This document shows, piece by piece, positions 20,801-30,455 of a stretch of 64,000 nucleotides of DNA. The translations under genes and the position numbers were made by a program. The stretch lies in the IMG/VR virus record IMGVR_UViG_2872147552_000001; one strand, given 5' to 3'. The stretch's first letter is position 1. Every line of letters begins with the position of its first letter. Under the pieces are notes generated by a model. The model did no database searches. It was given only the letters and a program-made list of their open reading frames with translations, and was not told the origin of the DNA. The DNA comes from a virus (Duplodnaviria; Heunggongvirae; Uroviricota; Caudoviricetes).

Positions 20801-22611
20801 GCGATGTTAACGATGCGAACGCGCATAGGTTCGAGGTCTGGTTCTGTAATAGTCCAGACGCCGTTCAAAACAGGCGTTTCAGCCGAAGACAGGGCTTTTG
20901 AAAACGTAACTTTTGTTATATTTTCGCCAGTTTCAAGAACATCGCGTTCAACGATTTTGCCTTCCTGATTCAGTATTCGAATAAAGCAGCCGCCTTTGGC
21001 TAACGACACAGGCGCATCGAGTGTGACGCTGTTTTTGGTAAACGCCACAATTCGACCTGAGTTACGTTTGCCTGCGCGATATTTGTTCTGAATCAGAACG
21101 GTTTCACCAGGCATCAGAAATGACGCGTCTAAGCCGGCAGTAAATGTAATTACATCCGACTCCATTCTGGCGGTATATAAAAGCCACAAACCAACTCGGT
21201 GAGCCTGCCCTCGGCTTGTACAGCCAAATGCTACGACTTCTGTTTTACGCTCACCATAACGGCGCATTGCGTCCTGATCTTCGACGTACTCGATGTTTTG
21301 CTTATAACCGTCCTCCTTGTTGTTATAGGTTACGAGCGCAACGGATGGGCGATCTTTACGCGCAGAACCTTTATAGGTAAACAATCCATCTTTGACGTTA
21401 GAGTTGGTAAACATCATTACCGGATCTGATGGGCTATCCTGCATGATGTTAACCATCCCACCAGCCCAAAACACCATGCCGCGGAATGCACCGGCAATAT
21501 CCTGAATTAGTCGGTATGCGTCCTGTCGACTGGTGATCTGCGTATTGATTGCAAAGCGTTTCTCTTTGCCACCAAAGCCATCATCGACTTCTTCGTCACA
21601 ATATCGACCAATCTGGTACAACTGGCCAAGGTCAATCATAGATTCCGACACATACTGACCAAGGCCATATCGAGCATTGGTAAGCAAATCAAAGAGAATC
21701 CACGCGGGGTTTGAAGAAGACAACAGCTTAAAAGTGCCATCCCATACACCATCATAAGTGTTGCTGGCCTCGTTGTAGTTTGACGGCACGCGAATTTTTA
21801 ATCCACGTACCAAATACGAACGAGATGGCATGGTGCTACCAAACTGCTCAGAATTAACCTTCAGACCCACCAGCACAGAGTTTGGGTAGTTCATCGGTGT
21901 ATCTACAATCTCACCTATTGAGTCCACCCATGTATCGTTATAGAGATACTGGCTGCTGTTATCATCGGTAATACGGACTACACGAACCTTGTACGCGCGT
22001 CCAGGCTTAGGCAGCTTCAGCTCATAGCTACGGTAATAAACACCTGTCTTCTTTGCTGTTAGCTTAATGCCAACGCTTTTTTCACCTTCTGCGACCACAT
22101 CTACAAATGTTGAGTCGCCATTTGCTATCTGGAACTTGTACTCAACGGTTGTACCGTTCGTGTCACCAGTTTTTTTATCTATGCTTCGCAAAGAAGGAAA
22201 CTTCATGATGACACGAACCCGATCAGCTTCATCGTTATCGATTGAAACCGTTACATAATGTGTTTTTTTTAACTGGATATTGACGGATTTAGGCGTTTCA
22301 ACGAAATCAAAGCCAGACATTGGAGTCTGGTCTTGCGAACCGTCGCGAAAATCCCATGTGATTCCGCTGAAGTTGGAGGAACCGTCTTCATTTACAATCG
22401 GCAGATCGTCGACAAAAATAGATCTTGCGCCATTTACCAAGCCGCCAATTACACCTTCCCCAAGAAGATCGAGGATAGCGGCCATTGCACGAGAATTTAC
22501 GGTATCGTCGGCTTCAACCGGTGTACGGCTAGAGCTTTTGCTGCTTTTTTTACCACCCGCACCTGCAATAAACAGCGGTAACTTTTTCTTCTTGAACTGT
22601 TCCATGTTCAA
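17878..22611 (-). CDS. tail tip / host specificity protein (lambda J-like) with C-terminal tandem coiled-coil repeats
   Basis: 1577 aa; lambda-J-like N-terminus; about 12 tandem ~25-aa repeats (DISAAI..EQEAR..DSALA.QI.QLQ.KV). Confidence 0.8.
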   Translation of the reverse strand: MNMEQFKKKKLPLFIAGAGGKKSSKSSSRTPVEADDTVNSRAMAAILDLLGEGVIGGLVNGARSIFVDDLPIVNEDGSSNFSGITWDFRDGSQDQTPMSGFDFVETPKSVNIQLKKTHYVTVSIDNDEADRVRVIMKFPSLRSIDKKTGDTNGTTVEYKFQIANGDSTFVDVVAEGEKSVGIKLTAKKTGVYYRSYELKLPKPGRAYKVRVVRITDDNSSQYLYNDTWVDSIGEIVDTPMNYPNSVLVGLKVNSEQFGSTMPSRSYLVRGLKIRVPSNYNEASNTYDGVWDGTFKLLSSSNPAWILFDLLTNARYGLGQYVSESMIDLGQLYQIGRYCDEEVDDGFGGKEKRFAINTQITSRQDAYRLIQDIAGAFRGMVFWAGGMVNIMQDSPSDPVMMFTNSNVKDGLFTYKGSARKDRPSVALVTYNNKEDGYKQNIEYVEDQDAMRRYGERKTEVVAFGCTSRGQAHRVGLWLLYTARMESDVITFTAGLDASFLMPGETVLIQNKYRAGKRNSGRIVAFTKNSVTLDAPVSLAKGGCFIRILNQEGKIVERDVLETGENITKVTFSKALSSAETPVLNGVWTITEPDLEPMRVRIVNIAQGETPGSFDITAVENNPSKYEAIDNGATLIPQNTTVLDPTYSKPSNLQITEGTYLSSPGNLSVKLTATWEGKSPEYWISWRRSDENNVSNWQSARVTEEQYEIVNVAENGRYDFQLYAVSFNGKKTEIISTVYQVLGTMTPPDAPTSLTAVGDYRNVILNWVNPDSVDLDHINVYASQTNNLDTAKLIAESASTTFTHAGLGDSETWYYWVRASNKRGMLSPPNSNLGTEATTRDVLSFLTGKITSSELGQALLEDINSKASQEAVDELNEHINQSVESLEGAVNDVKEDIAELDKQFSDNLADFEIKFNERSDALENAQTELKGEVSATIDKVNEAFEKIDATDAAIVEIENTVSEHDKALANTVEAIKAARDEAAALIAKESEARVEGDAANAKQLEVLQSTVEESSAAVEEMKKTVAEVDRASAELTTNIEALAKTNIDLALRQDEDQHKQMVNNAKIATTQKTFADDMSAMATKVEEIRVEIGEDIKASILEESTARADGDEALAKRVTQLQSKFEGDISAAISTEQEARTSADEALTTQITQLESKVSNDIVAAIKEEQEARATEDSALASQITQLQAKVDDDISAAIRSEQEARASGDSALAKQINQLQSKVDGDISAAITQEQEARASADQALSREINSLRAQTGTDIAAAVAVETKARTDADSALSTQITSLTAKANDLEASLARETTARADGDTALTKEVSNLKAQTAKDISAAVAVETQARTDADSALSSQITKLTSQYKEDIKAAVATETKTRTEQDAALATQITNLESQTAANISAAVTTETTARTQADNALSGRIDTLKAEVDGNTATIQQQATAIADTNKKVSTAWTLKMETSTSGGQKYVAGIALGIDTTGLSQFLVQADRFGLVNSVNGKITTPFVIENSIAYMNGAYIKDGTITNAKVGDLQSTNFVSGRSGWRFGKNGTLEINGNSGGNGRLVINGQRIDVYDDNNVLRVRIGRL

Positions 22612-22623
22612 AAAAATCCTTGT

Positions 22624-23217
22624 TTACATTAGCTGGTCAATCGTGATTGAAGAACTCACAACCTGTGAGCCAACCAGAATTTCCTCGCCATAGATAAGTT
22701 GTACTGGGTTGCCCTGGTTTTCTGTATTTTGAGGGCCGTCGAAATAATAAGAGTTCGAGTTATCTGCCTGTCTCACACTTTCGTTAGTGGCTTGCGGCGA
22801 TATGATTTGTGATATGCCGCCCATCATCAGTGACAAACCGAGAGGTGCTAAAGCAGGCATCACTACCGCCGATACAACCAACAAAGCGGCCCCTACTACC
22901 GTCTGAAACCACCCAAAAGCAGATCCACCGCTTCCTCGCGGAACAGGTGTAATGCGGATTTTGGCAATGTTGTCAGACTGCCCCATCATCTGATATTCAC
23001 TTTCGTCAACAGACCACTTGTGGCCCTGTTTATTGGTGATCTGGATGTGGTAACGGTCATAGGTTTTGATATTGCGCTTCATCCATGCTTTAAACCCAGG
23101 CTTGTTGGCCTCAATTAAATCCAGAGCCTGTTTTGTATTGCGCACCTTTAGATGCCAGTGGCGGCCAAAATGTTTGGCCATAGGGCCGCCAAGCTGCACA
23201 TGAACTAACTCAGACAC
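22624..23217 (-). CDS. tail assembly protein (lambda I-like)
   Basis: Position between K-like and J-like genes; 197 aa with C-terminal hydrophobic region. Confidence 0.65.
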   Translation of the reverse strand: MSELVHVQLGGPMAKHFGRHWHLKVRNTKQALDLIEANKPGFKAWMKRNIKTYDRYHIQITNKQGHKWSVDESEYQMMGQSDNIAKIRITPVPRGSGGSAFGWFQTVVGAALLVVSAVVMPALAPLGLSLMMGGISQIISPQATNESVRQADNSNSYYFDGPQNTENQGNPVQLIYGEEILVGSQVVSSSITIDQLM

Positions 23218-24029
23218 GTCTCATCTCCCTTGAGCAAGTCTCTGTGACGCAAGTGATGCGTCGTATGTTTCTGATACATTCCGCCGTAATAAGCACGACA
23301 ACTAAGACGGTCGATCTGGTGATGAAGAATCATTCCATCGCCGATATAAACCGCGCAGTGATCTGGCATTTTCCCGTATTGAATAAAGAAGACGTCCCCA
23401 CGTTGAGGCTCTGTTCCAGGCGCAAGCCGTACCAATCCCTCGTTTCGGTAGTTCTGGTCGAGAATGTCGTTATCGCCGGTGTACCACGATGGAATATGCA
23501 GGTGTGCGTTCGGGTTTAGTTCGACGTTAAACTCACGCTTCAAATAGTCCCGACACAACATCCAGCAATCGAATACGCCAAATACATACGGTCTGCCCAG
23601 GTATGGCATTTCGAAACCATCAGGTGTGATCACATTCATCTCGCTAAAATGGAAAGGGGCATCTCCCTCAACATTCTTGCGAATAGCCAGAATCATCCAC
23701 GGAACTTCCGTCGCTTCGCAGCCTGCACGATCGGCATCAGATGCTTCTGCTGATTCATCGGTATGTGAATGCCAGATTGCGATAACATCACCCGCATCCT
23801 CTGCCGCCATAATGTCGTCAACGTGCATTACAAAAGTGTTCTGCGGGTTCTCCGAAACATTCCGCGCTTCCATAAAGCGATATTTGTCGCCATTAGTTCT
23901 AACCAGAAAGCCACACGCTTCATTAGGGTAGCGATTTATGGCGCAGAGATAGATTTGCTGCATAACGTCAGAGCCAAGCTCAGGGATTGCTTTATTACCC
24001 ATACCGCGTAGCTCCAATAAATCCGCCAA
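23205..24029 (-). CDS. tail assembly protein (lambda K-like; JAB/MPN + NlpC/P60)
   Basis: HSHTDESAEASDADR metalloprotease-like motif; Cys-containing C-terminal domain; synteny. Confidence 0.7.
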   Translation of the reverse strand: MADLLELRGMGNKAIPELGSDVMQQIYLCAINRYPNEACGFLVRTNGDKYRFMEARNVSENPQNTFVMHVDDIMAAEDAGDVIAIWHSHTDESAEASDADRAGCEATEVPWMILAIRKNVEGDAPFHFSEMNVITPDGFEMPYLGRPYVFGVFDCWMLCRDYLKREFNVELNPNAHLHIPSWYTGDNDILDQNYRNEGLVRLAPGTEPQRGDVFFIQYGKMPDHCAVYIGDGMILHHQIDRLSCRAYYGGMYQKHTTHHLRHRDLLKGDETCLS

Positions 24030-24726
24030 AATGGATCACACCGTCGGCAAAATAATTCCGACGCGCATTACAGGCGTCATAACGTTTTGTGCAGTAATCC
24101 GCACCAGACATAGACGTCTGCTGGTTATTTTTGTCGAAATATGGACCGGTATAGCCGCATTCTGGCCCTCGGTATTTCCACGGGCAGGTGTTTTTAATGA
24201 TCTGACGATACGGCAGTTGCACCCCCATCAAATCGAACACACTGGACAATTCAAACTCGACAACCTGATGAGTTTCGAGAGTTTTCTGTTCGATAAACCA
24301 CATTTCATCCGGGAAATGTTGGTTTGGATCTGCTGTTGGGTTGCCGTCTTTAAAATTAACGGCATCGAGGAAGCGAGCCAGCGTCATCTTGCGAATAATG
24401 CGGCAGCCAACAAGATCGTCGTTTGCCTGAACTTCCGCAGAGACAGTTCCGGCAAAGTTCGATACCTGAATTTTTGGACGTGGCAACGTTCCCTGGCCAG
24501 TTTTGTCAAAGCCTGATGCTTTGATTGGCCACGGCTCGTATGTCACTCCTTGCCAGACGACCGGTTGCATCAGTTCGTTTGTTCCGGCGTGGAAGAATAA
24601 CTTCCCCCCTGAAGTTGTGTTCGACATATCCAGTACGAACAACTCAATGAGTGCAGAGGGAGATAAGCTCTGAATATCAGCTTTAATTCCCATTGTTTCA
24701 TCCTTGAAATAAGTAGGCGCTAACAT
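23995..24726 (-). CDS. minor tail protein (lambda L-like)
   Basis: C-terminal Cys cluster CTKRYDACNARRNYFADG typical of L-family Fe-S motif; synteny. Confidence 0.7.
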   Translation of the reverse strand: MLAPTYFKDETMGIKADIQSLSPSALIELFVLDMSNTTSGGKLFFHAGTNELMQPVVWQGVTYEPWPIKASGFDKTGQGTLPRPKIQVSNFAGTVSAEVQANDDLVGCRIIRKMTLARFLDAVNFKDGNPTADPNQHFPDEMWFIEQKTLETHQVVEFELSSVFDLMGVQLPYRQIIKNTCPWKYRGPECGYTGPYFDKNNQQTSMSGADYCTKRYDACNARRNYFADGVIHFGGFIGATRYG

Positions 24727-24775
24727 CCTGTCAGCGCCACAATGATAGTAAATTAGTACTTACTTATCCAGATAC

Positions 24776-25111
24776 TTAAGCCTCAAATACTTGTCTGAAT
24801 GTAGCAGTTAAGACACAGTACCCCTGATATCGCTTGACCGTATGACTGTCACATACAACTACAATCCGTTTTCCTCTTGGATTAACCCAATAGAACGACT
24901 CAACGCCTGCTCGCTCAGTCAGGAAGTCATCGATTGCATTAATTTCGTTGTATGATCTGGTAAAGGTTAACGACCATTCTTCTTTAATACGATTAAGACC
25001 TTGAGCCTGTCGCTGCTCGTAGTCATCACCAAAATTAAGTACCGTTACATTCGGTTTTACGCTCTTTTCAGATTCGTAATCTGGATACCAATTAAACGTT
25101 TGTCTTTCCAT
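24776..25111 (-). CDS. minor tail protein (lambda M-like)
   Basis: 111 aa; position between tape measure and L-like gene. Confidence 0.65.
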   Translation of the reverse strand: MERQTFNWYPDYESEKSVKPNVTVLNFGDDYEQRQAQGLNRIKEEWSLTFTRSYNEINAIDDFLTERAGVESFYWVNPRGKRIVVVCDSHTVKRYQGYCVLTATFRQVFEA

Positions 25112-25153
25112 CTCACATCCTTGTGAGACTGCCCCGGTCGGGGCAGTCGATAG

Positions 25154-28100
25154 TTAGTTACGTTGAGTGTTTGGGTTGAGTGATCCGCCAGGGCGTTTCT
25201 CTTGAGCGATAGTCTCAAGCGCGATTGCTTTCATCCGTTGAGCGGCATTGTTCCATATGCTTTCTGTATCGCCGGATTCAGTTGTGCTACCGTCACTATG
25301 GACGTTGATCTCAATTGATACCGGAGAAAGAACATTTCCTCCTCCACTCATACCATCGGTACTGAGCGTTACAGGGATTGTTCGACCATCAGGCAATGGA
25401 ACATACGCCTCATTCATATCGCCCTCCCCAAACAACGCCAATTGAGGTGAGTTGGCGATACCGCCTTTCTGGTATGCCCGGAGCGGGATCACGCCGTCTT
25501 TTCCGAATATGCCACCATTTGCAAACTTCGGAATTGCAGGAATACCATTCGTGCCATCGGCAGCAGAACTGGTCAGATTGTTGAACCCGGAAGTTGAGCC
25601 AGAAGAACCGGACATCAATCCATCGAATCCACCACCAGCCCATACTGAAACCAAACCAGATGCAACTGTCGCGCCGAAATTCAACCACTTATTACCAGAG
25701 CCGGAAGCATTAGCTCCAAGCATTGCAAACGCGGCAGACAGAGCGCCGGTAACAGAGCTGAGGTTCTGCATCGAGAAGATGGAGTCCTTCACTGCTTTTG
25801 TCTCAGCATCTTTGGCTTCGGTGCTATTAAATAGCCCTGATACCCAGCTACCAATCGCATTTGTTGCTGTGCCAATTGCGCTGGTGGTCTGCTGTGTCGT
25901 TTGCCCCAATCCAGTTACCGAACTGGACGTCTCCTTCGTGGCTTCTCCTACCGACTTGTCGCCATTAACAGTGTTGCTTATGCGCACACCTTGATTGGCA
26001 ACTGCGGAAGCAACCCCGGTGAGCAAATTACCACTCTGTGAACTACCAGCTGCGGTGGTTCCCATCCCCAACATGTTCATTAGAGGCAGCGTGATCTGCG
26101 ACTTCACGACCATATTGGTGATATCTTTCAAAATGGACTGAGATAGGCTGGAGAAGCTCATCTTCCCGTTAATAACGAAATCAGTCAGGACATCAGTTAA
26201 GCCACTAAACAAATCAGTCCAGGTGCTTTCGATCTGCTCTGCCAGATTTTCGTATTCCAGTGCCAACTTCTGCGTCGCAGTCCCCGTCTCTTTAATAAGC
26301 GCGGTATTGCCAGCAGCAATCAGTTGATTGATTTTCTTTGTATAAAGCGCCACAACTTTAGGATCAGACGCCTTATCACGAAGTTCTATCAACGCTTTGA
26401 GATTGCGGTTGTAGGTGTCTTCGAAATCAGCAACTTTCTCTTCGCGAGACGGCGTATAGCCAGCACTAATAATGGAATCCGCCTCCGGTGCCCAAGTGGA
26501 GATCATCTGCTCAACATTGCGGCGATTAAACATCTCGCGATATTCAGGTGTCGCATTTTTGAGGTCTTCAAGACGTTTTTTCGCCTTGTCGATCATCTCT
26601 TGAGTGATGAACTCGTTAGGAACCGCATTAGCCAAATCTGTCAGCGATTTCGTTGTATCGCGAAGAGACTGATCAAACGATACCGTAGCCTTAGAGCTTT
26701 CACCCATTTGCCCCATAAGCTGATCGGCTTTGTCCAGAGCCTTCTGGTATCCGGCTGCCAGTTTCTGTTGCGCTGCCTGTTCCTTCTTGGCCGCACGCTG
26801 CGAGGCGTTAGCTGATCGTTGGGCTGCTTTCTCGGCAGCTGCTGCATCCTGTTCACGAGCTTTAGTAAGTGCGGCAATGGCTGCGGCACGCTCTTCATCG
26901 CTCATTTTCTCCAGAGAGCTGGCGCTGGATGCTTTCTGCAAATTAAGCTGCGTCTTGAGTTGTTTAGGCCCAATAATCGGCTTACCTTCGAAGTCCATCA
27001 TCGGAGTGCCGTCAGGCAAAGTACGCTGATAAGTCGCAGAATCCATCTGGTTTCGCATATATTGCGCCAACGCCTTCTGAGCAGCTTTATCAGTTGTACC
27101 TAACCCAAGAACAGTCCCCTGGTTTGACATTACGCCCTTACCAGTTTTGGCCGCGTTATCTCTCTCGAACTCTGCCTGAGTCAGCTCCTGAGCAACGGCT
27201 TCCAAATGCTCCTGATAACCACGAATACTGCCTTGCAGTTTCTGGATCTGCTCGGTATTTCCATCCTTTTTGGCTTTTTCAAGCTGATCATTAAGAGTCG
27301 CAATTTGCTTCTCGGTCGCATTCTTACGAGAAGAAAGTGAATCAACCAGTTTTTGCGCAGGCTCCAGATAGCTTTTGTTTACCGTTTCACGTAACGGTGC
27401 CAATAGCTTGTTCTTTTCGTCATCTGAAAGTGAACCGTCATCATTGATTTTCTGGATCTTATCCAGAGCCTCTTGCCGGGCTTTCACGAATGTTGCCGCG
27501 AAAATCTGGTTTTCCGCTCGAATTTTCTCAATCTGAGATTCGGCAGCCTCTTTAGCCAAACGCTTTGCTACAGCGCCGTCACCAAGAGCTATCGTGCCGG
27601 TTATCTTTTGATACTCTTCCTGATTTTTTTTCAGGCGTGCTTCGATGTCAGCCTTCGACTCTTTGTGAGTAATAACACCGGCAGAGTTAGATACGTAATT
27701 AACACCCTCACCAGTTTTTAATGCTCGTTGATCAGCAAGAATCTGCTTTTCGAGCTTTTCTGCGCGGTCGGCCATTTGTGCACGTTTGGCCGCCGTCATC
27801 GCCTCTGGTATTTTCCTAATCTCGTCAACGACCTTTGAAGTTTCGCTGCGGAGCATGGTCATGTACGTGATTAGGCCAGCAACAGCTACAGTGGCAACTG
27901 TAAATGCTGCCCCTATAGGGTTTGCTGCAATGAACGCCGTTAATCCAGCAAAAGCGCCTTTAAGCCCCGTAATCGCCCCACGGATGGCGAAAATAAGAGA
28001 GGGGATCGGAGCCAGCCCCATACGTGCCGCACGATTGAATCGGGTTACTGCTGTAGCGCCGAGGTTAAATGGAGTCTGTATGGCGGTCGCCATCGTGGCA

Positions 28101-29746
28101 AAGGTGCTAACCATCTGGCTGCCTGCGCCAACTACCCCCATGATCCCTGCTCGCATCAGTTTGAACGCAACCATCGCGGCCACGACCTTACCGAGATTAA
28201 TTACCAGCTCTTGGTTCTTTGCTAACCATTGAGCAAGCTGACGCAACCCATCGATTGCCGTCGTTAACCCCGAGCCTAAAGAATTGGCAAACGAAATCCC
28301 TTCGGCGCTATTCATGATTGAAGCCAGTTCTTTCATCCCCTTCGATAGAGAATCCAGATATCCGGCCTGACCAACCCGATCAGCAAATAACGTGAATGAC
28401 GTCTGAAGTTGCGCCAGCGCACCTGTGTAGGTTTGCATCATGTCTTTCGCTGCGTTCTCATTCTCCGCACGCAGACCAACAAACATCAGAGACAACGCCT
28501 GTTTTGCCTCAACCGTACCGCTGGCAACGGCTTTAGTCAGTTCCCCCATAGTGATGCCTGCGGCGTCTGCCATTGCCTGCATCGCGTTAGGAACGGCTTC
28601 ACCTAATTGCTGACGTAGCTCTTCCATTGACACAACGCCCTTACCGGACATCTGCTGAACGGCCACAGCCGCACGTTTCAACAGCTCACTATCACCACCA
28701 AAACGAGCAACGGAGTCCACCAGCGCCTTCAGAGAACCATCGGTTGGATCTAAGCCAGCAGAACGAAACTTCACGAAGGAATCTGTTAACGCCTGCATCG
28801 CGAACGGCGCATTTTGCGCCATGTCTACGATGTACTTCATATCATCAGCGGCAGCCTGGCCCGGGTTGGACTTCTCCTTATTCAACCCTCGAAGCATCAC
28901 CCGCATACGTTCCATTTCGGCCGCAGCTTCAACAATAGGCTTCTGCCACCCAAACATGATGTCAGTAACCGTTCTGGCTGCATCTCCGATCTCGCCAAGC
29001 AGGAAAATGTTGCCACGAAGGCCAGAGAACATACCTCCTTCGTTACTTTTACCGCTATGGCCAGAAGCGCCGCTACGCCGCCCGCTACCACCATCGCCAC
29101 TTCCAGATGTACGAACGCGTACCGGCTTGCTAATCAGTTGCTGACGTCCGATAACTTCGTCCATCTGCTCACGAACCTTTTTCAGTCCCTCGGCAGCCTG
29201 ACTCGTTGTGACACCCCAATTACTGAGTCGCTTCGTCGTGGTATTAAGGCGCGTATTCATGCCACTCACGGACGCAGAGGCTTCTTTGACCTCCGTACCA
29301 AAGCGGCTTGCGCTTTTGCTTGCATAGGTCGCCCAATCAGAGAAATCATTTAGCTCTGATTGCACTTTACGTAATGACGCGGTGAGTTTATCTACTGAAG
29401 AAGTTGTCGTATCGACGCGCTCAATCAGGGCTTTAAGACCAGAATTGAGGCTGGTGATGTTGCCACGCATTTTACGCGTAGCATCTGAAGCAAGCTCAAA
29501 ACCGGCAGCTACATCCTGTAGTTTATCTGCCGTAGAATCGAGCTTGCTTTCCAGAACGCCAATGATACGGGCGACCGAACCCAAAGAGCGTTCAAAGGTT
29601 TGGATTTTTTGAGCAGGCTTTGTTACCTGCTCACCAAATCGAGTAAGCAGTTTCCCCGCACGATCGATTGACGCTGTAAACTGTTTGTCTTCCAGCGACA
29701 GGATAAACTCTACGTTTTGTGACATTCCCTTGTCATCCTCTGCCAA
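25154..29746 (-). CDS. tail tape measure protein
   Basis: 1530 aa, helical/coiled-coil rich with Gly-rich hydrophobic stretches; lambda H position. Confidence 0.85.
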   Translation of the reverse strand: MAEDDKGMSQNVEFILSLEDKQFTASIDRAGKLLTRFGEQVTKPAQKIQTFERSLGSVARIIGVLESKLDSTADKLQDVAAGFELASDATRKMRGNITSLNSGLKALIERVDTTTSSVDKLTASLRKVQSELNDFSDWATYASKSASRFGTEVKEASASVSGMNTRLNTTTKRLSNWGVTTSQAAEGLKKVREQMDEVIGRQQLISKPVRVRTSGSGDGGSGRRSGASGHSGKSNEGGMFSGLRGNIFLLGEIGDAARTVTDIMFGWQKPIVEAAAEMERMRVMLRGLNKEKSNPGQAAADDMKYIVDMAQNAPFAMQALTDSFVKFRSAGLDPTDGSLKALVDSVARFGGDSELLKRAAVAVQQMSGKGVVSMEELRQQLGEAVPNAMQAMADAAGITMGELTKAVASGTVEAKQALSLMFVGLRAENENAAKDMMQTYTGALAQLQTSFTLFADRVGQAGYLDSLSKGMKELASIMNSAEGISFANSLGSGLTTAIDGLRQLAQWLAKNQELVINLGKVVAAMVAFKLMRAGIMGVVGAGSQMVSTFATMATAIQTPFNLGATAVTRFNRAARMGLAPIPSLIFAIRGAITGLKGAFAGLTAFIAANPIGAAFTVATVAVAGLITYMTMLRSETSKVVDEIRKIPEAMTAAKRAQMADRAEKLEKQILADQRALKTGEGVNYVSNSAGVITHKESKADIEARLKKNQEEYQKITGTIALGDGAVAKRLAKEAAESQIEKIRAENQIFAATFVKARQEALDKIQKINDDGSLSDDEKNKLLAPLRETVNKSYLEPAQKLVDSLSSRKNATEKQIATLNDQLEKAKKDGNTEQIQKLQGSIRGYQEHLEAVAQELTQAEFERDNAAKTGKGVMSNQGTVLGLGTTDKAAQKALAQYMRNQMDSATYQRTLPDGTPMMDFEGKPIIGPKQLKTQLNLQKASSASSLEKMSDEERAAAIAALTKAREQDAAAAEKAAQRSANASQRAAKKEQAAQQKLAAGYQKALDKADQLMGQMGESSKATVSFDQSLRDTTKSLTDLANAVPNEFITQEMIDKAKKRLEDLKNATPEYREMFNRRNVEQMISTWAPEADSIISAGYTPSREEKVADFEDTYNRNLKALIELRDKASDPKVVALYTKKINQLIAAGNTALIKETGTATQKLALEYENLAEQIESTWTDLFSGLTDVLTDFVINGKMSFSSLSQSILKDITNMVVKSQITLPLMNMLGMGTTAAGSSQSGNLLTGVASAVANQGVRISNTVNGDKSVGEATKETSSSVTGLGQTTQQTTSAIGTATNAIGSWVSGLFNSTEAKDAETKAVKDSIFSMQNLSSVTGALSAAFAMLGANASGSGNKWLNFGATVASGLVSVWAGGGFDGLMSGSSGSTSGFNNLTSSAADGTNGIPAIPKFANGGIFGKDGVIPLRAYQKGGIANSPQLALFGEGDMNEAYVPLPDGRTIPVTLSTDGMSGGGNVLSPVSIEINVHSDGSTTESGDTESIWNNAAQRMKAIALETIAQEKRPGGSLNPNTQRN

Positions 29747-30002
29747 ATATTTGCATCAGTTGCTCTTTGGCGTCAGGGTCTGCCTTATCCTGGCTTGGAT
29801 CGTAGACTTTATCTGTTACGACTGGTCTTCCAATCCTGAGTTGCAAACCCTCCATGAACGCCTTCACAGCCTCGCCATCCGCCTGGGACGCACGAGCGAC
29901 TTGTAAGTTGCGGACATCCTCTTCCGCACGCAGACGGTCTATATTGCGACTGAGCATCCAGAACATCGTGAGAGGAACGTTCAGTAGCTCTAATGGCGAC
30001 AC
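29733..30002 (-). CDS. T-like extension of tail assembly chaperone (putative -1 frameshift product segment)
   Basis: -1 frame relative to G-like gene; that frame stays open across the G stop (30083) up to at least 30120. Confidence 0.4.
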   Translation of the reverse strand: MSPLELLNVPLTMFWMLSRNIDRLRAEEDVRNLQVARASQADGEAVKAFMEGLQLRIGRPVVTDKVYDPSQDKADPDAKEQLMQIFGRG

Positions 30003-30082
30003 GGCGTAGTGAGCAACTACACGACTGAAATAGAATCCGAGATCTATTGAGACGGTCCTTGTCCCGGATTCATCGCGGGAAA

Positions 30083-30400
30083 TTACTTTGCCCCTTCGCC
30101 AGCCGCTTTTTCGTTTTCTTCATCAATCACTTCCATAGCGAAGGTGAAGATCTGCTGGAGTTGCGGAACAGTCAGTTTTTCAAGAACTTCGTCAGGTACT
30201 GAAGGGATAACCTTACGAACCAGATCTGCATAAGCTGTCACTTGCTCAACAGGAGACATGTTCATGAGATCTTTGCCTTCCATCTGCTTGATGGAAACGA
30301 ACAGACCTACCGTCATTTCAACGATGGGATATTCCTGACCGCCAAATTTGATGCTTTTCTTCGGAGGCAGAATGGAATCGAGATCGAGTAATTTGGTCAT
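30083..30400 (-). CDS. tail assembly chaperone (lambda G-like)
   Basis: 105-aa acidic protein between major tail protein and tape measure. Confidence 0.65.
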   Translation of the reverse strand: MTKLLDLDSILPPKKSIKFGGQEYPIVEMTVGLFVSIKQMEGKDLMNMSPVEQVTAYADLVRKVIPSVPDEVLEKLTVPQLQQIFTFAMEVIDEENEKAAGEGAK

Positions 30401-30455
30401 TGGTTAAAATCCTTTTAAAAGAGAGGCCCATCCTGAGCCTCTGCTTAATTACTGA

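Noticed and set aside
18478-22693. Short plus-strand ORFs antisense to the J-like gene (for example 19487..20014, 22280..22693)
   Set aside because: Antisense to a long conserved structural gene, Ser/Ala-rich low-complexity translations, no RBS or operon context
25248-29612. Multiple plus-strand ORFs antisense to the tape measure gene
   Set aside because: Embedded in a 1530-aa gene with clear synteny; products lack any motif and show the composition bias expected of antisense frames
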